Virus record (IMG/VR): IMGVR_UViG_3300009008_000048
Span: 1 to 54,600 of that record
Reading direction: 5' to 3' (one strand)
DNA: 54,600 nt
Source: a virus
Lineage: Duplodnaviria; Caudoviricetes
Made by a program: the position numbers and the translations under genes. The notes beneath the pieces were generated by a model. The model saw nothing but the letters and a program-made list of their open reading frames with translations, was not told the DNA's origin and searched no databases. This document shows, in pieces, positions 25,950 through 35,500 of this stretch. Positions within the stretch are counted from its first letter, which is position 1; each line of letters starts with the position of its first letter.

Positions 25950-26151
25950 CTTACCAACAGATGTAAAAACATTTATAGATGTTTTAGGGGGATTATCAGA
26001 AAGGGATAGAGACTTATTAATTAACAGGTTTTTTAAAGGCATGTCAATGAAAGAAGTAGCAAAACAAATAGGCGTAACTGACAGTAGAGTAAAACAATTA
26101 GAAGACAAGCTAATAAGAGAAATAGAATTGTCCTTTGAATTACACCTTTAA
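25936..26151 (+). CDS. Stand-alone sigma70 region-4-like HTH protein
   Basis: LSERDRDLLINRFFKGMSMKEVAKQIGVTDSRVKQLE; likely start ATG 25936. Confidence 0.75.
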   Translation: MLTNNLPTDVKTFIDVLGGLSERDRDLLINRFFKGMSMKEVAKQIGVTDSRVKQLEDKLIREIELSFELHL

Positions 26152-26156
26152 TTATA

Positions 26157-26233
26157 AAGAGAGGTAAACTTGTCGGGGGTTTGCTTTCTCTTATAGGGGC
26201 TTTAGATTATTCATCTTGGTCTAGAGCTTCTAT
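26157..26233 (+). other. Two consecutive intergenic hairpins
   Basis: AAGAGAGGTAAACTT..GGGTTTGCTTTCTCTT and TAGGGGCTTTAGA..TCTAGAGCTTCTA. Confidence 0.45.
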
Positions 26234-26254
26234 AAAAGTAATAATAAAAAAAAT

Positions 26255-26560
26255 ATGCAAATGGAAAGAATATGGGCTATATTAGATAAATTTAATGTCT
26301 ATGGTCCTGAAAGACAAAAAATAGAAAATGAAATAATACTTCTTATAAAAGAAGAAGCAGGTAGAGTAAAAGGCTATAAGAATAGACTAGCTAACTGTAG
26401 AAAGAGAGTTGATCTATTAACAAGCAATAAAAAAACTAAATGGAAACAGTTTGCTAAAAGTGAATTAACCAAAAAAGAAGCTAATGAGTTAATTGATATG
26501 GCTAAGGAAGAAGTTGCGGAATGGAAAACATTTATTAGATATATTAATAAAAAAATATGA
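26255..26560 (+). CDS. Hypothetical protein
   Basis: 101 aa. Confidence 0.5.
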   Translation: MQMERIWAILDKFNVYGPERQKIENEIILLIKEEAGRVKGYKNRLANCRKRVDLLTSNKKTKWKQFAKSELTKKEANELIDMAKEEVAEWKTFIRYINKKI

Positions 26561-26748
26561 ACTGTAAAAAATGTAATTCAAAAAACATAGTAATGGTAGA
26601 ATATGGTTTAATAGATAGACCAGATGCTGATAAGTATTATTATGATGGATGGTCGGAATATGAGTGCCGAGATTGTAAAGTTAGAATAGGTAGATGGTCA
26701 AAAAAAGAACTTAAAAAAGGAGAATTAGAAACTAAATATAATAAATAA
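26557..26748 (+). CDS. Small Zn-ribbon protein
   Basis: CKKC.S.NIV..EYG...YDGWSEYECRDC..RIGRW. Confidence 0.6.
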   Translation: MNCKKCNSKNIVMVEYGLIDRPDADKYYYDGWSEYECRDCKVRIGRWSKKELKKGELETKYNK

Positions 26749-26760
26749 GATGAAACAAGT

Positions 26761-27411
26761 ATGCTACAACCACAACAAATTTTAGAGATTGGCTTAACTG
26801 CCAAAGATGAAACAATAACTTATAGAGAAATGGGAGAAACGTATGGTATAACAAGAGAACGCATAAGGCAGATACTTGTTAAACATTTTCCATATGTTAT
26901 TAAGCAAAGAAAAGATAGTAAGTTTCAATTATGTCCAGTATGTGAAACTCCTAAAAAGACAGTAAATAAAAGAGGTAGGTATTATTCTTGTTTTGAATGT
27001 CATCAAAAAAGAGTAGAAAGAAATAAAAATAGATGGGCTAGAGAACATGATAAATGTATAGACTGTGGAACTACAAAAATAAAACATCATCATAGTGGTA
27101 GATGTAAAATATGTTCATCGAGACATAGATATTATACAGACCCTAGAAGAAGAGAATACGCAAAAGAATATTCTAAAAAATGGGCTAAGAATAATCCTGA
27201 TAAAATAAAAGTTATTCAAGATAAAGCTGTTAGAAAATATCACGAGAAACTAAAAGCAGACCCAATTAGGTATGCTAAATACCTACAGAAACAAAGAGAT
27301 AGGCATCATAAAAATATGCAAGACCCAGAATATAGAAAAAACAGAAGAGCATATTATAAAAAACTATGGCGTAAGAACCATCCTAAAAAACTTAAATGGA
27401 AAATATTATGA
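26761..27411 (+). CDS. Sigma region-4-like HTH fused to Zn-finger modules
   Basis: TYREMGETYGITRERIRQI; CPVC..CFEC; W.REHDKCIDCGTT...GRCKIC. Confidence 0.7.
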   Translation: MLQPQQILEIGLTAKDETITYREMGETYGITRERIRQILVKHFPYVIKQRKDSKFQLCPVCETPKKTVNKRGRYYSCFECHQKRVERNKNRWAREHDKCIDCGTTKIKHHHSGRCKICSSRHRYYTDPRRREYAKEYSKKWAKNNPDKIKVIQDKAVRKYHEKLKADPIRYAKYLQKQRDRHHKNMQDPEYRKNRRAYYKKLWRKNHPKKLKWKIL

Positions 27412-27905
27412 ACAAAACAATAGAAAAATTTAAAATGATTAAAGCTCAATTTGAAAAAGATAGAGCACAAGAAGATGGCTGGAAGGTAATGAAAAAGGTT
27501 ACTGATATAGTAATTGTGCTAGGACAAGAGTTTAATAGCTTAGATGGTACTGAGTTAGCTGAGATGCAAATGAAATTAGCTGGCTATAAGTTTTACTTAG
27601 CCGATTACTTAGCAGAGTTAAATCGTATATCAGAGTCTCTTAAACTAGAGCTTAAAAATATTAAGGCTAAAAGATGGGACGAGATAACACAGGACATTAA
27701 ATCGGTGGATGGTAAAGTAAAAAATAAAGACCAAATAGAAAATGTACTAATGATAGAAACAAAAGAGTTACATAGTGAACAAATACTGTATGAAACATTA
27801 TGGTATAAATATAAGTTAAAGCTATCGTCTATAGATGATATATTAACTACTTTAGTTCAACGTATTGCAGAATTAAAACGTCAAATAGAACAAACTAAAA
27901 TGTAA
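27396..27905 (+). CDS. All-helical coiled-coil protein (possible recombination mediator)
   Basis: 169 aa with heptad pattern; function inferred only from size and context. Confidence 0.5.
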   Translation: MENIMNKTIEKFKMIKAQFEKDRAQEDGWKVMKKVTDIVIVLGQEFNSLDGTELAEMQMKLAGYKFYLADYLAELNRISESLKLELKNIKAKRWDEITQDIKSVDGKVKNKDQIENVLMIETKELHSEQILYETLWYKYKLKLSSIDDILTTLVQRIAELKRQIEQTKM

Positions 27906-27910
27906 ATAAT

Positions 27911-28381
27911 ATGACAGAAGCCCCACAAAGGTCACAAGTAGAATTTAATCAAAAACTTGCCTATGGCAAAGACTTTGAAGAACGTTTTAGTGACTATTTA
28001 GTACAAAGAGATTGGGGTGTAATACCTTACTATTTGTTAAATAAGAGCGGGGCTCCATTAATGTTAGGTAAAACAAAATACATACTTCCAGATATGTTAG
28101 CCTATAAAAACGGTAAGGGTGTATGGTTTGAATGTAAAAGAAAAACAAGAATGAGTAATGGCTTAACAGGTTATAAAGTTCATAACCATGATAGCTATAA
28201 AAGCATACAAGAAAAGACAGGACATGATGTATTTGTAATATGGGAAGATAACAAAGAATGGTATGGCAATTATATAGATAATTTAGAAAGTTGCCCAAAA
28301 ACACAAAGGTTTAAATGTCAAGGGGATATGAATATAATGTTTCAATACCCAGACGCATTTTTAAAAATATATGAAAAATAA
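27911..28381 (+). CDS. PD-(D/E)XK endonuclease-like protein
   Basis: G..FE....YL, LPDML..K....WFECKRK. Confidence 0.7.
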   Translation: MTEAPQRSQVEFNQKLAYGKDFEERFSDYLVQRDWGVIPYYLLNKSGAPLMLGKTKYILPDMLAYKNGKGVWFECKRKTRMSNGLTGYKVHNHDSYKSIQEKTGHDVFVIWEDNKEWYGNYIDNLESCPKTQRFKCQGDMNIMFQYPDAFLKIYEK

Positions 28382-28709
28382 TTTTACACCACAGACAAGA
28401 GATTTATTTGATTATGGTGGTTATTCTAGAGATTGGGAGGATGGTAGGAATGATGCGGATGCATTGCATCACATTGTTGGTCGATCCTCAAATAGTCCGT
28501 ATAATGCGGCTCCGCTCAATAACTTTAGAAACCATATACCAGAAGGTCGAAAGCACTTGTCTGCAATAAATAGTGTAGAAGTTCGTAAAAAGTATTTAAT
28601 TAAAACAAAGAAATATCTAGATTCTATTAAGTATAAACCTACTGATAAGGATACAGAGTTTCTTAATAAATGGAAGGAGTATTATGATAAAAGTAAACAC
28701 AAAGATTAA
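28371..28709 (+). CDS. HNH-like protein
   Basis: DALHHIVGR....PYNAAPL.N..NH. Confidence 0.55.
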   Translation: MKNNFTPQTRDLFDYGGYSRDWEDGRNDADALHHIVGRSSNSPYNAAPLNNFRNHIPEGRKHLSAINSVEVRKKYLIKTKKYLDSIKYKPTDKDTEFLNKWKEYYDKSKHKD

Positions 28710-29019
28710 TGAATTGTTTATTACTAACACATTAATCGATATAAAAGAATTGTTAACTAAACTAGTTAAACAAGATAAAAAATCAGTTAAACAAGATAAA
28801 AAATTAAAAAATTATCACATCGTTAGAAATCCATGGACAAAAGATGAAATATGGACAATATATAGTAATGATGATTTATCTTTTAAAAATTTATATGACT
28901 TAGGGTTGGGTAAAAAACATTCATTGGGTGCTATAAGTAGAATGAAGCATAGAGTGTTTAATAAGCCAACTGAACAAAGCAAAAAGGTACAAAAATGGTT
29001 GCATGAATTTAATAATTAA
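28684..29019 (+). CDS. Hypothetical protein (possible HTH)
   Basis: 111 aa; PWT.DE...; KHSLGAI. Confidence 0.5.
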   Translation: MIKVNTKINELFITNTLIDIKELLTKLVKQDKKSVKQDKKLKNYHIVRNPWTKDEIWTIYSNDDLSFKNLYDLGLGKKHSLGAISRMKHRVFNKPTEQSKKVQKWLHEFNN

Positions 29020-29030
29020 TATAAAAAAAC

Positions 29031-29405
29031 ATGAGATTAAAAGTACAACATTTCTTTGATGCTAGTCATCAGTTACCAGACTCAGATGATTTAGTAACAA
29101 AGGCCTGTGCAACGATGCACGGCCACACTTACAAAGTTGTCGTGGACATAGAAGGAGAGAATAACAGGGGCGGAATGGTTGTAGATTTCAAAGCTGTTAA
29201 ACAAATAATAGATATATTTGACCATCAACACATTAATAAAGTATTAGATGAAAATCACTTTAAAGGTGAGGCTACTGCAGAAAATATGGCAATATTTCTA
29301 TTTAATAAAATAAAGGTCGATCTAAAATTAAACGTAAAAGGTGTTGCTGTATGTGAGGGCTATAAAGGAGAAGACAAAGCTTCGTGGGCAATTTATAATG
29401 GATAA
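29031..29405 (+). CDS. queD: 6-carboxy-5,6,7,8-tetrahydropterin synthase
   Basis: FDASHQL, C...HGHTY, GMVVDF..VK, FDHQ.IN, TAENMA, V.E. Confidence 0.93.
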   Translation: MRLKVQHFFDASHQLPDSDDLVTKACATMHGHTYKVVVDIEGENNRGGMVVDFKAVKQIIDIFDHQHINKVLDENHFKGEATAENMAIFLFNKIKVDLKLNVKGVAVCEGYKGEDKASWAIYNG

Positions 29406-29688
29406 TATGAAACATTTATTAAGTGCGGGTGATTATTATATTTTTTCTGGTAAATTTCAGTATACCGTTAAGAAGTTTGAAAACTTTTTAGACAATGGTG
29501 AAAGAGAGTATAGTGATCCAACATATCATACAACATTAATATCTGCACTAGAAGAATTAAACGAACGAATTAAAAAAGATAAGTTTACTAAATGTAAAGA
29601 TATTAAAGACATTATAACTCAACAAAAAGCAATAAACAAACAATTTTTAAAAGATATGAAAAAATATGAGAATAGCAAAAATGCCTAA
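29398..29688 (+). CDS. Hypothetical protein
   Basis: ORF between queD and queE; likely start ATG 29398 or 29407. Confidence 0.5.
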   Translation: MDNMKHLLSAGDYYIFSGKFQYTVKKFENFLDNGEREYSDPTYHTTLISALEELNERIKKDKFTKCKDIKDIITQQKAINKQFLKDMKKYENSKNA

Positions 29689-30397
29689 CGGCGAACCCGA
29701 GATATATGTTGCTGTACAAGGAGAAGGTAAGACAATAGGTGTACCATCTGTATTTGTAAGGTTATCGGGATGCAACTTACACTGTAAATGGTGTGACACA
29801 GCATATACTTGGAACTTTGAAAACACTCCATGGAAACATGATATAGAGGATAAACATAAAATAGATGAAATGCAATATGAAATAAGTGTTAAAAAGGTAG
29901 TAAAGAAAATTAAAGAAATAGCTCCACCTAATAAAAATGTAGTTTTCACAGGTGGTGAACCATTATTACAACAAGTAGAATTGTGGCAAGTAATGAAAGA
30001 ATTTAGTAACGATTGGACATTTGAAATAGAAACTAATGGCACTATAGAGTTTAACAAACAATTACTTCATAATGTGCTTGTTAATTGTAGTCCTAAGTTA
30101 GCTAATTCAGGTAATGATATAAACAAGCGATTAAACTATGATGTGTTGAACGCCATTAAAGTCGCTAATAGTATATTCAAATTTGTAATAGATGGTGAAG
30201 AGAGTTTAGCAGAAGTAGAAAAAATAGTTGAACAATTACAAATACCAAGAAACAAAATTTATTTAATGCCAGAAGGTATTGAAACAAATGATATTATAAA
30301 TGGAACTAGAGCACTATCTATTATATGTGCAGAACGAGGGTGGAATTTAAGTACTCGTCTACAAGTGATATTATATAATACAAAAAGAGCAGTTTAA
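29666..30397 (+). CDS. queE: 7-carboxy-7-deazaguanine synthase (radical SAM)
   Basis: QGEG..IGVPSVFVRLSGCNLHCKWCDT, TGGEPLLQ, IETNGT, SPKL, KFVI, LMPEG, RLQV. Confidence 0.95.
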   Translation: MRIAKMPNGEPEIYVAVQGEGKTIGVPSVFVRLSGCNLHCKWCDTAYTWNFENTPWKHDIEDKHKIDEMQYEISVKKVVKKIKEIAPPNKNVVFTGGEPLLQQVELWQVMKEFSNDWTFEIETNGTIEFNKQLLHNVLVNCSPKLANSGNDINKRLNYDVLNAIKVANSIFKFVIDGEESLAEVEKIVEQLQIPRNKIYLMPEGIETNDIINGTRALSIICAERGWNLSTRLQVILYNTKRAV

Positions 30398-30417
30398 TCA
30401 ATTAACATAAAAAAATT

Positions 30418-30654
30418 ATGCCTCCAGTAAAAGGAAAAAAGAACCCTAATATGGCTCGTAAAGGTAAAGATAACGGGCGATGGAAGGGCGGTAAGTCTTC
30501 AGATTATAGACGTAGAATTACCAACGCTAAAAAAGGTGAAGTGGTACACCATAAAGACCACAACAAAGCTAATAATACTAAATCTAATTTAAAGAAATTA
30601 TCTTCTATAGGTGCTCATAATAAAGCACATCCAGAGAAAGGAGGAAGACACTAA
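30418..30654 (+). CDS. Small basic HNH-motif protein
   Basis: VVHHKDHNKANN..SNL.......HNKAH. Confidence 0.65.
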   Translation: MPPVKGKKNPNMARKGKDNGRWKGGKSSDYRRRITNAKKGEVVHHKDHNKANNTKSNLKKLSSIGAHNKAHPEKGGRH

Positions 30655-30888
30655 ATGATTAAAGCAAAAGAACAATGGGTAGATGTTGAAATGGTAGATA
30701 TATGTTTTGATAACAACGAACAAAATATGGCTTTAATTAAATTCGATGATTTATTAGATCTTAATATGTACTTAGAACATGCTCAGAATGTAAAAAAAGT
30801 AAAGCTATTAACAGAGGGTAACCTATGGAAACTTAAAACAGTTTACTATGTGTTAGTGGACTATAAGGAGGAATACCAAAATGAGTAA
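30655..30888 (+). CDS. Hypothetical protein
   Basis: 77 aa inside the que cluster. Confidence 0.5.
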   Translation: MIKAKEQWVDVEMVDICFDNNEQNMALIKFDDLLDLNMYLEHAQNVKKVKLLTEGNLWKLKTVYYVLVDYKEEYQNE

Positions 30889-31591
30889 TGGCAAAGCACT
30901 AGTTATACTCTCGGGGGGTATGGACAGTACTACATTATTACATGATGTAGCTAATGGATATGCTGTACCAAGCATACTGGCATTAACTTTTGATTATGGT
31001 TCTAAACATAATAAAAAAGAGATAAGACAAGCTAAATATAATTGTAAAGTTTTAGGAATAGAACATATAATTATAAGAATGCAAGATGTATTTAAACACT
31101 TTAAATCTTCTTTATTAGAATCGGGAGATGATATACCAGAAGGACATTATAAAGATAGCAGTATGAAATCTACAGTAGTACCTTTTAGAAATGGTATATT
31201 ATTATCTATAGCAGCAGGTATAGCAGAATCTAAAAGTATTAGTAAAGTATTTTATGGTGCTCATGCAGGCGACCATGCTATATATCCAGATTGTACAGAT
31301 GAATTTGCACATAAGTTTAATGAGGCCACTCAGTTAGGTACTTATAATAATGTAGAAATATATGCACCTTACGAGGGTAAGAACAAGATAGATATAATTA
31401 AAAAAGGTATTGCTATAGGTGTTGATTATGGACATACTTGGACTTGTTATAAAGGCAAAGAGAATCCATGTGGTAAATGTGGTAGCTGTGTAGAACGTAC
31501 CGAAGCATTTATTAAAAATGATTTGAAAGATCCCTTATACACAGATAAACAATGGAAAGAAGCTGTAGAATTTTACAATAAATCTAAATAA
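30881..31591 (+). CDS. queC: 7-cyano-7-deazaguanine (preQ0) synthase
   Basis: LSGGMDST, FDYG.KH..E, TVVPFRNG, YPDC, TWTCY....PCGKCGSCVER. Confidence 0.96.
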   Translation: MSNGKALVILSGGMDSTTLLHDVANGYAVPSILALTFDYGSKHNKKEIRQAKYNCKVLGIEHIIIRMQDVFKHFKSSLLESGDDIPEGHYKDSSMKSTVVPFRNGILLSIAAGIAESKSISKVFYGAHAGDHAIYPDCTDEFAHKFNEATQLGTYNNVEIYAPYEGKNKIDIIKKGIAIGVDYGHTWTCYKGKENPCGKCGSCVERTEAFIKNDLKDPLYTDKQWKEAVEFYNKSK

Positions 31592-31598
31592 ACTAATT

Positions 31599-31654
31599 CC
31601 CCCTCTTTAACAGGGCAGATAACCCCCTTTCCTGTCTGCTCTGTTATGGGGGGG
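31599..31654. other. Long GC-rich intergenic hairpin after queC
   Basis: CCCCCTCTTTAACAGGGCAGATA...TGTCTGCTCTGTTATGGGGGGG. Confidence 0.55.
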
Positions 31655-31806
31655 CAATAATGTAGTATGAAAAAAACACACAATAAACTTTTAAAAAAAT
31701 ATAACAGCTTTTTTAATTATGCAGAAGTACCTCATCTAAAAAGTATACCTTATCTAATATTTTCTTGTATATATGTGATTGGTATATATTTATTTTTAAA
31801 AAATTT

Positions 31807-32082
31807 ATGATAGATATACAAATATATAGCAAAGGTAAAAATATATTCTACAGACAGAATATGCATTGGAAACAAGCACACGCTTGGCTGTATGAAAAAG
31901 AAAGTAAGAATAAAGAATTTGATAAAATAGATATACAGTTACATAGCAGCCAGGATATGCCTGTAGATGATGTAGAAGATTTAATAACTTTTAATGCTGC
32001 CCATACTTGGATAGCTACTAGTTTAACTAAGGCCAAAAATGGGTATTATGATTTTATATTGAATCCCCATAAAGGTCACTAA
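31807..32082 (+). CDS. Hypothetical protein in que cluster
   Basis: Likely start ATG 31807 (MIDIQIYSKG); upstream of folE. Confidence 0.5.
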   Translation: MIDIQIYSKGKNIFYRQNMHWKQAHAWLYEKESKNKEFDKIDIQLHSSQDMPVDDVEDLITFNAAHTWIATSLTKAKNGYYDFILNPHKGH

Positions 32083-32102
32083 GATAATTAACAATAAAAA
32101 AA

Positions 32103-32669
32103 ATGCAAGATCAAACAAAACTTAAAAAAATAGCCGAAGAATTATTAAAGGAAATAGGTGATAATCCAAAAAGAATTGGGCTAAAAGATACACCTAAGCG
32201 TATGGCTAATATGTGGCAAGAGGTATTTAAAGGATACAATAGAAAACAAATGCCTGTAGTAACAGTATTTCCTAACAACGATGATGGTATTGTTTATGAT
32301 CAAATAGTAACTGATGAAGGTAAGTTTCATTCACACTGTGAACATCACATGGCTGTATTTTACGGCGATTATTACTTTGGTTATATACCAGATAAACATA
32401 TTATAGGCTTATCTAAAATAGCTAGATTAATAGAATATTTCGCCTCTAGATTACAGGTACAAGAAAGATTAGGTGCTAACATAGTAGATTACCTAGAAAA
32501 GAAATTACAACCAAAAGGTATTATACTTATAATGAAAGCACATCATACTTGTAAGGAAGCTAGGGGTGTTAAAAAAGAAGGCATAATGACAACCTCTGTA
32601 GTAAGGGGAGTATTTGCTAATGACGCATCCGCTAAAGAAGAGTTTTTATCATTAATTAACACTAAATAG
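32103..32669 (+). CDS. folE: GTP cyclohydrolase I
   Basis: [20 protein letters not shown]...[28 protein letters not shown]. Confidence 0.96.
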   Translation: MQDQTKLKKIAEELLKEIGDNPKRIGLKDTPKRMANMWQEVFKGYNRKQMPVVTVFPNNDDGIVYDQIVTDEGKFHSHCEHHMAVFYGDYYFGYIPDKHIIGLSKIARLIEYFASRLQVQERLGANIVDYLEKKLQPKGIILIMKAHHTCKEARGVKKEGIMTTSVVRGVFANDASAKEEFLSLINTK

Positions 32670-32670
32670 T

Positions 32671-34122
32671 ATGAGCGACAAATTAAAATCCCTTGGTAGT
32701 GGTAAAACTACCTACGAGTTCAAAAAAGAAGCACAACCAGAACTATTAGAATCTTTTACTAATAAACATCCTGGAGAAGATTATCTAATACCATTTAATA
32801 TGGAACGTGATGAGTTCACTTCATTGTGTGTATCAGGAGATACAAAAATAGATGTTGTTGGCAAAGATTTTCAAGGTAACATTAAAATAAAAGATTTAGT
32901 AGGCAAAACTGGTTATGCTTATTCATACTCTAACATAGAAAAAAGAATAGTATTACGTAAATTTAGTGATGTAAGAAAAACACAAAAAGATGCTGAATTA
33001 ATTGAAATTGAATACATAAATAAAAAAGGTAAAAAGTTTACATTAAAGCTAACAAAAGAACATCCTGTTATGTTACATAATGGAATATTTATTCCTGCCA
33101 GTGAATTAAACGAAAATGATAGTATTATGAGTTTCGGTAAATATACAATAAAAGGATATACTAATTTACATGATAAGAAAAATTATTATGCAGAACATAA
33201 ATTTATAGCAAAAGAATTACAAATTGATAATGAAATTATACATCATAAAAATCACAACAAACTGGATAACTGTTTAAATAATTTACTTCCTATGACATTA
33301 TCTAAACACAATCAACATCATAGATATAAACAATATAAGTATGAAGGAAAAATAACAAAAAAAATATTAGAACAAAAGTATTTAAAAGAATTAGAAACTA
33401 TAAGTAATATTGCTAGATATTTTAAATGTGATGATTCTACTATTTTTAATAGACTAATTAGATACAATATTCCTATAAGAACTAAAAAAGAAATATACGC
33501 TATTCAAAAAACACCTAACAAGATTAAAAAAAATATCGACCAAGTTATTAAATGGTATAAACAAGGATATTTATTATCTGAAATTGCAAGTGTGTTTAAT
33601 TGTCATAGTACAACAGTAAGTTCATGGCTTAAAGATGCGGGTGTTAAAATAAAAGAAAGCAATATTCAAAGATATAGTAGAAAAAAATTGTTGTTACCTG
33701 AATTAAATCACAAGATTGTTTCTATAAAATCAATACCTAAAGAAGATGTATATAATATGGAAGTACAAGATACTAATAACTTTGTAGCCAATGAAGCCGT
33801 ATTACATAATTGTCCTATGACAGGGCAACCAGACCAAGCACGTATGGAGATAGTATATGTGCCCAACAATAAATGTGTGGAATCTAAATCATTAAAACTA
33901 TATTTAATGTCTTACCGTATGTCTGGTGAGTTCCACGAAGATGTATGCAACAGAATAGCAAATGATTTATTTAATTTATTAGAACCTAAATACTTAAGAG
34001 TATATGGTGATTTTAGCCCTAGAGGTGGAATTGCTATAAGACCTATAGTACAACGCTGGGGTCATAGTTGGGTTGATAATAATATTATAAATCTAGTTAA
34101 TATGTGGGATATAAAGAAATGA
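32671..34122 (+). CDS. queF: NADPH-dependent preQ0 reductase QueF (155 aa after intein removal)
   Basis: LLESF.N.HP, EFTSL|CPMTGQPD, QueF motif [22 protein letters not shown]. Confidence 0.92.
   Translation: MSDKLKSLGSGKTTYEFKKEAQPELLESFTNKHPGEDYLIPFNMERDEFTSLCVSGDTKIDVVGKDFQGNIKIKDLVGKTGYAYSYSNIEKRIVLRKFSDVRKTQKDAELIEIEYINKKGKKFTLKLTKEHPVMLHNGIFIPASELNENDSIMSFGKYTIKGYTNLHDKKNYYAEHKFIAKELQIDNEIIHHKNHNKLDNCLNNLLPMTLSKHNQHHRYKQYKYEGKITKKILEQKYLKELETISNIARYFKCDDSTIFNRLIRYNIPIRTKKEIYAIQKTPNKIKKNIDQVIKWYKQGYLLSEIASVFNCHSTTVSSWLKDAGVKIKESNIQRYSRKKLLLPELNHKIVSIKSIPKEDVYNMEVQDTNNFVANEAVLHNCPMTGQPDQARMEIVYVPNNKCVESKSLKLYLMSYRMSGEFHEDVCNRIANDLFNLLEPKYLRVYGDFSPRGGIAIRPIVQRWGHSWVDNNIINLVNMWDIKK
32827..33810 (+). 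mobile_element. Intein (328 aa) with HNH endonuclease and HTH repeats in QueF
   Basis: Starts CVSGDTKI; block B LTKEHPVM; [19 protein letters not shown]; ends VYNMEV..NNF...VLHN followed by +1 Cys. Confidence 0.92.
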
Positions 34123-35138
34123 TACATAACAAATTTAACTTATTCTTCGCTGTAGCAGCTAAACAGTTCATGGAGTATGTGCTTACTTGTAATGTTAAGC
34201 ATATACTAATATCTTTTGCATACAAAGAACCGTGGCAAATGAAAGAACTGCTAAAGCGTAACAATGTAGATATTTTACTAGATAGTGGAGCATTCACAGC
34301 ATGGAACCAAGCACAGAAAAAGAAACAAGAAGGTAATACTAACTGGGAAAAGTACTTAATTGATATAGACGAATATGCTGCTTTTATGGAAGAGCATAAA
34401 GATATAATATGGCGTGCTGTAAACTTAGATGTTATTCCTGGAGAACAAGGTAAAGAACCTACAAAAGAACAATATATAGAATCAGCAGAACAAGGTTGGA
34501 AGAACTACTTGTACTTAAAAGAAAAAGGCTTTAATACTATTCATGTATTTCATCAAGGCGAACCATTAAAATATCTTACTCAAATGATAGATGGTGGCTG
34601 TGATTATATAGGTATAAGTCCTAATAACGATTACAGTGATAAAAAGAAAATGCTATGGCTTGATAGGGCATTTAGGCATATTAAAAATTCTAGTAATCCT
34701 GCAATTAAAACTCATGGCTTTGGTGTTACATCTAACGCCCTTATAGACAGGTATCCTTGGTTTAGCTGTGATAGTGCAGCTTATTGCTTATCAGCCGCTC
34801 TAGGCACTGTAGCAACGCCCTATGGCAAGGTTAATACCAGTGATAGAGATACAACAGATGCTAAACACATAGAGCAAAAACCAGCAATGGTTCAAAAGCA
34901 TATAGATGATTACCTAAAAAAGGAAATAGGCTATGGTTTAGGGTCTATGACCAAAACAGTAGAAGAACATAAGTTCGCATGCTCTAATTGTGATTACGAA
35001 ATAACAACACCTATTAAAATACAGGCTTACAAGGCTAGGAATTTTGCTAATATAGTCCACTTAATGAATAAGGAAAAAGAAATACAAGATAACCCAGAAC
35101 CTAATATGAGATTTGATGCTCAAAAAACATTATTATAA
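34119..35138 (+). CDS. dpdA: DNA 7-deazaguanine transglycosylase (DpdA, TGT fold)
   Basis: [50 protein letters not shown]; ATGA-coupled to queF. Confidence 0.88.
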   Translation: MIHNKFNLFFAVAAKQFMEYVLTCNVKHILISFAYKEPWQMKELLKRNNVDILLDSGAFTAWNQAQKKKQEGNTNWEKYLIDIDEYAAFMEEHKDIIWRAVNLDVIPGEQGKEPTKEQYIESAEQGWKNYLYLKEKGFNTIHVFHQGEPLKYLTQMIDGGCDYIGISPNNDYSDKKKMLWLDRAFRHIKNSSNPAIKTHGFGVTSNALIDRYPWFSCDSAAYCLSAALGTVATPYGKVNTSDRDTTDAKHIEQKPAMVQKHIDDYLKKEIGYGLGSMTKTVEEHKFACSNCDYEITTPIKIQAYKARNFANIVHLMNKEKEIQDNPEPNMRFDAQKTLL

Positions 35139-35152
35139 TTAACTAAAAACGT

Positions 35153-35500
35153 ATGAAAAAATGGCAAAGAAATCACAAAAAGTGCATAGACTGTGGAACC
35201 ACAAAAAAACCTTACTATGCTAAAGGTATGTGTACAGCGTGTTATTCTCGTAATAGATACGCCTCAGATAAACATTACAGGAAACAACACAAGGAGTATG
35301 TTTATAATTGGATTGATAAAAACCCAGAAGGTTGGAAAAAAATAACCGCTAAAGCTAGTGCTAGGTGGCGAAGTAAAAATAAAGACAAATTAAGAAAGTA
35401 TAGTAAAGAATATTATAAGAAAAATAGAGATAAAATAAATGAATACTACAGAGAGTATTATAGAAATAACTATTCCAGGAAAGCCAAAAGCACAGCCTAG
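35153..35500 (+). CDS. Basic Zn-finger protein
   Basis: WQRNHKKCIDCGTT...GMCTACY; Y/K/R-rich helical tail. Confidence 0.6.
   Translation: MKKWQRNHKKCIDCGTTKKPYYAKGMCTACYSRNRYASDKHYRKQHKEYVYNWIDKNPEGWKKITAKASARWRSKNKDKLRKYSKEYYKKNRDKINEYYREYYRNNYSRKAKSTA

Noticed and set aside
32671-34122. QueF-like amidinotransferase (archaeosine, dG+ pathway)
   Set aside because: The NADPH-binding QueF motif ESKSLKLY is present, and I saw no ArcS or Gat-QueC.
34119-35138. Host-type tRNA-guanine transglycosylase for queuosine
   Set aside because: It lacks the bacterial TGT CxCxxC/H zinc site and N-terminal TPxFMPVGT, and it is coupled to a phage que cluster, which fits DpdA.
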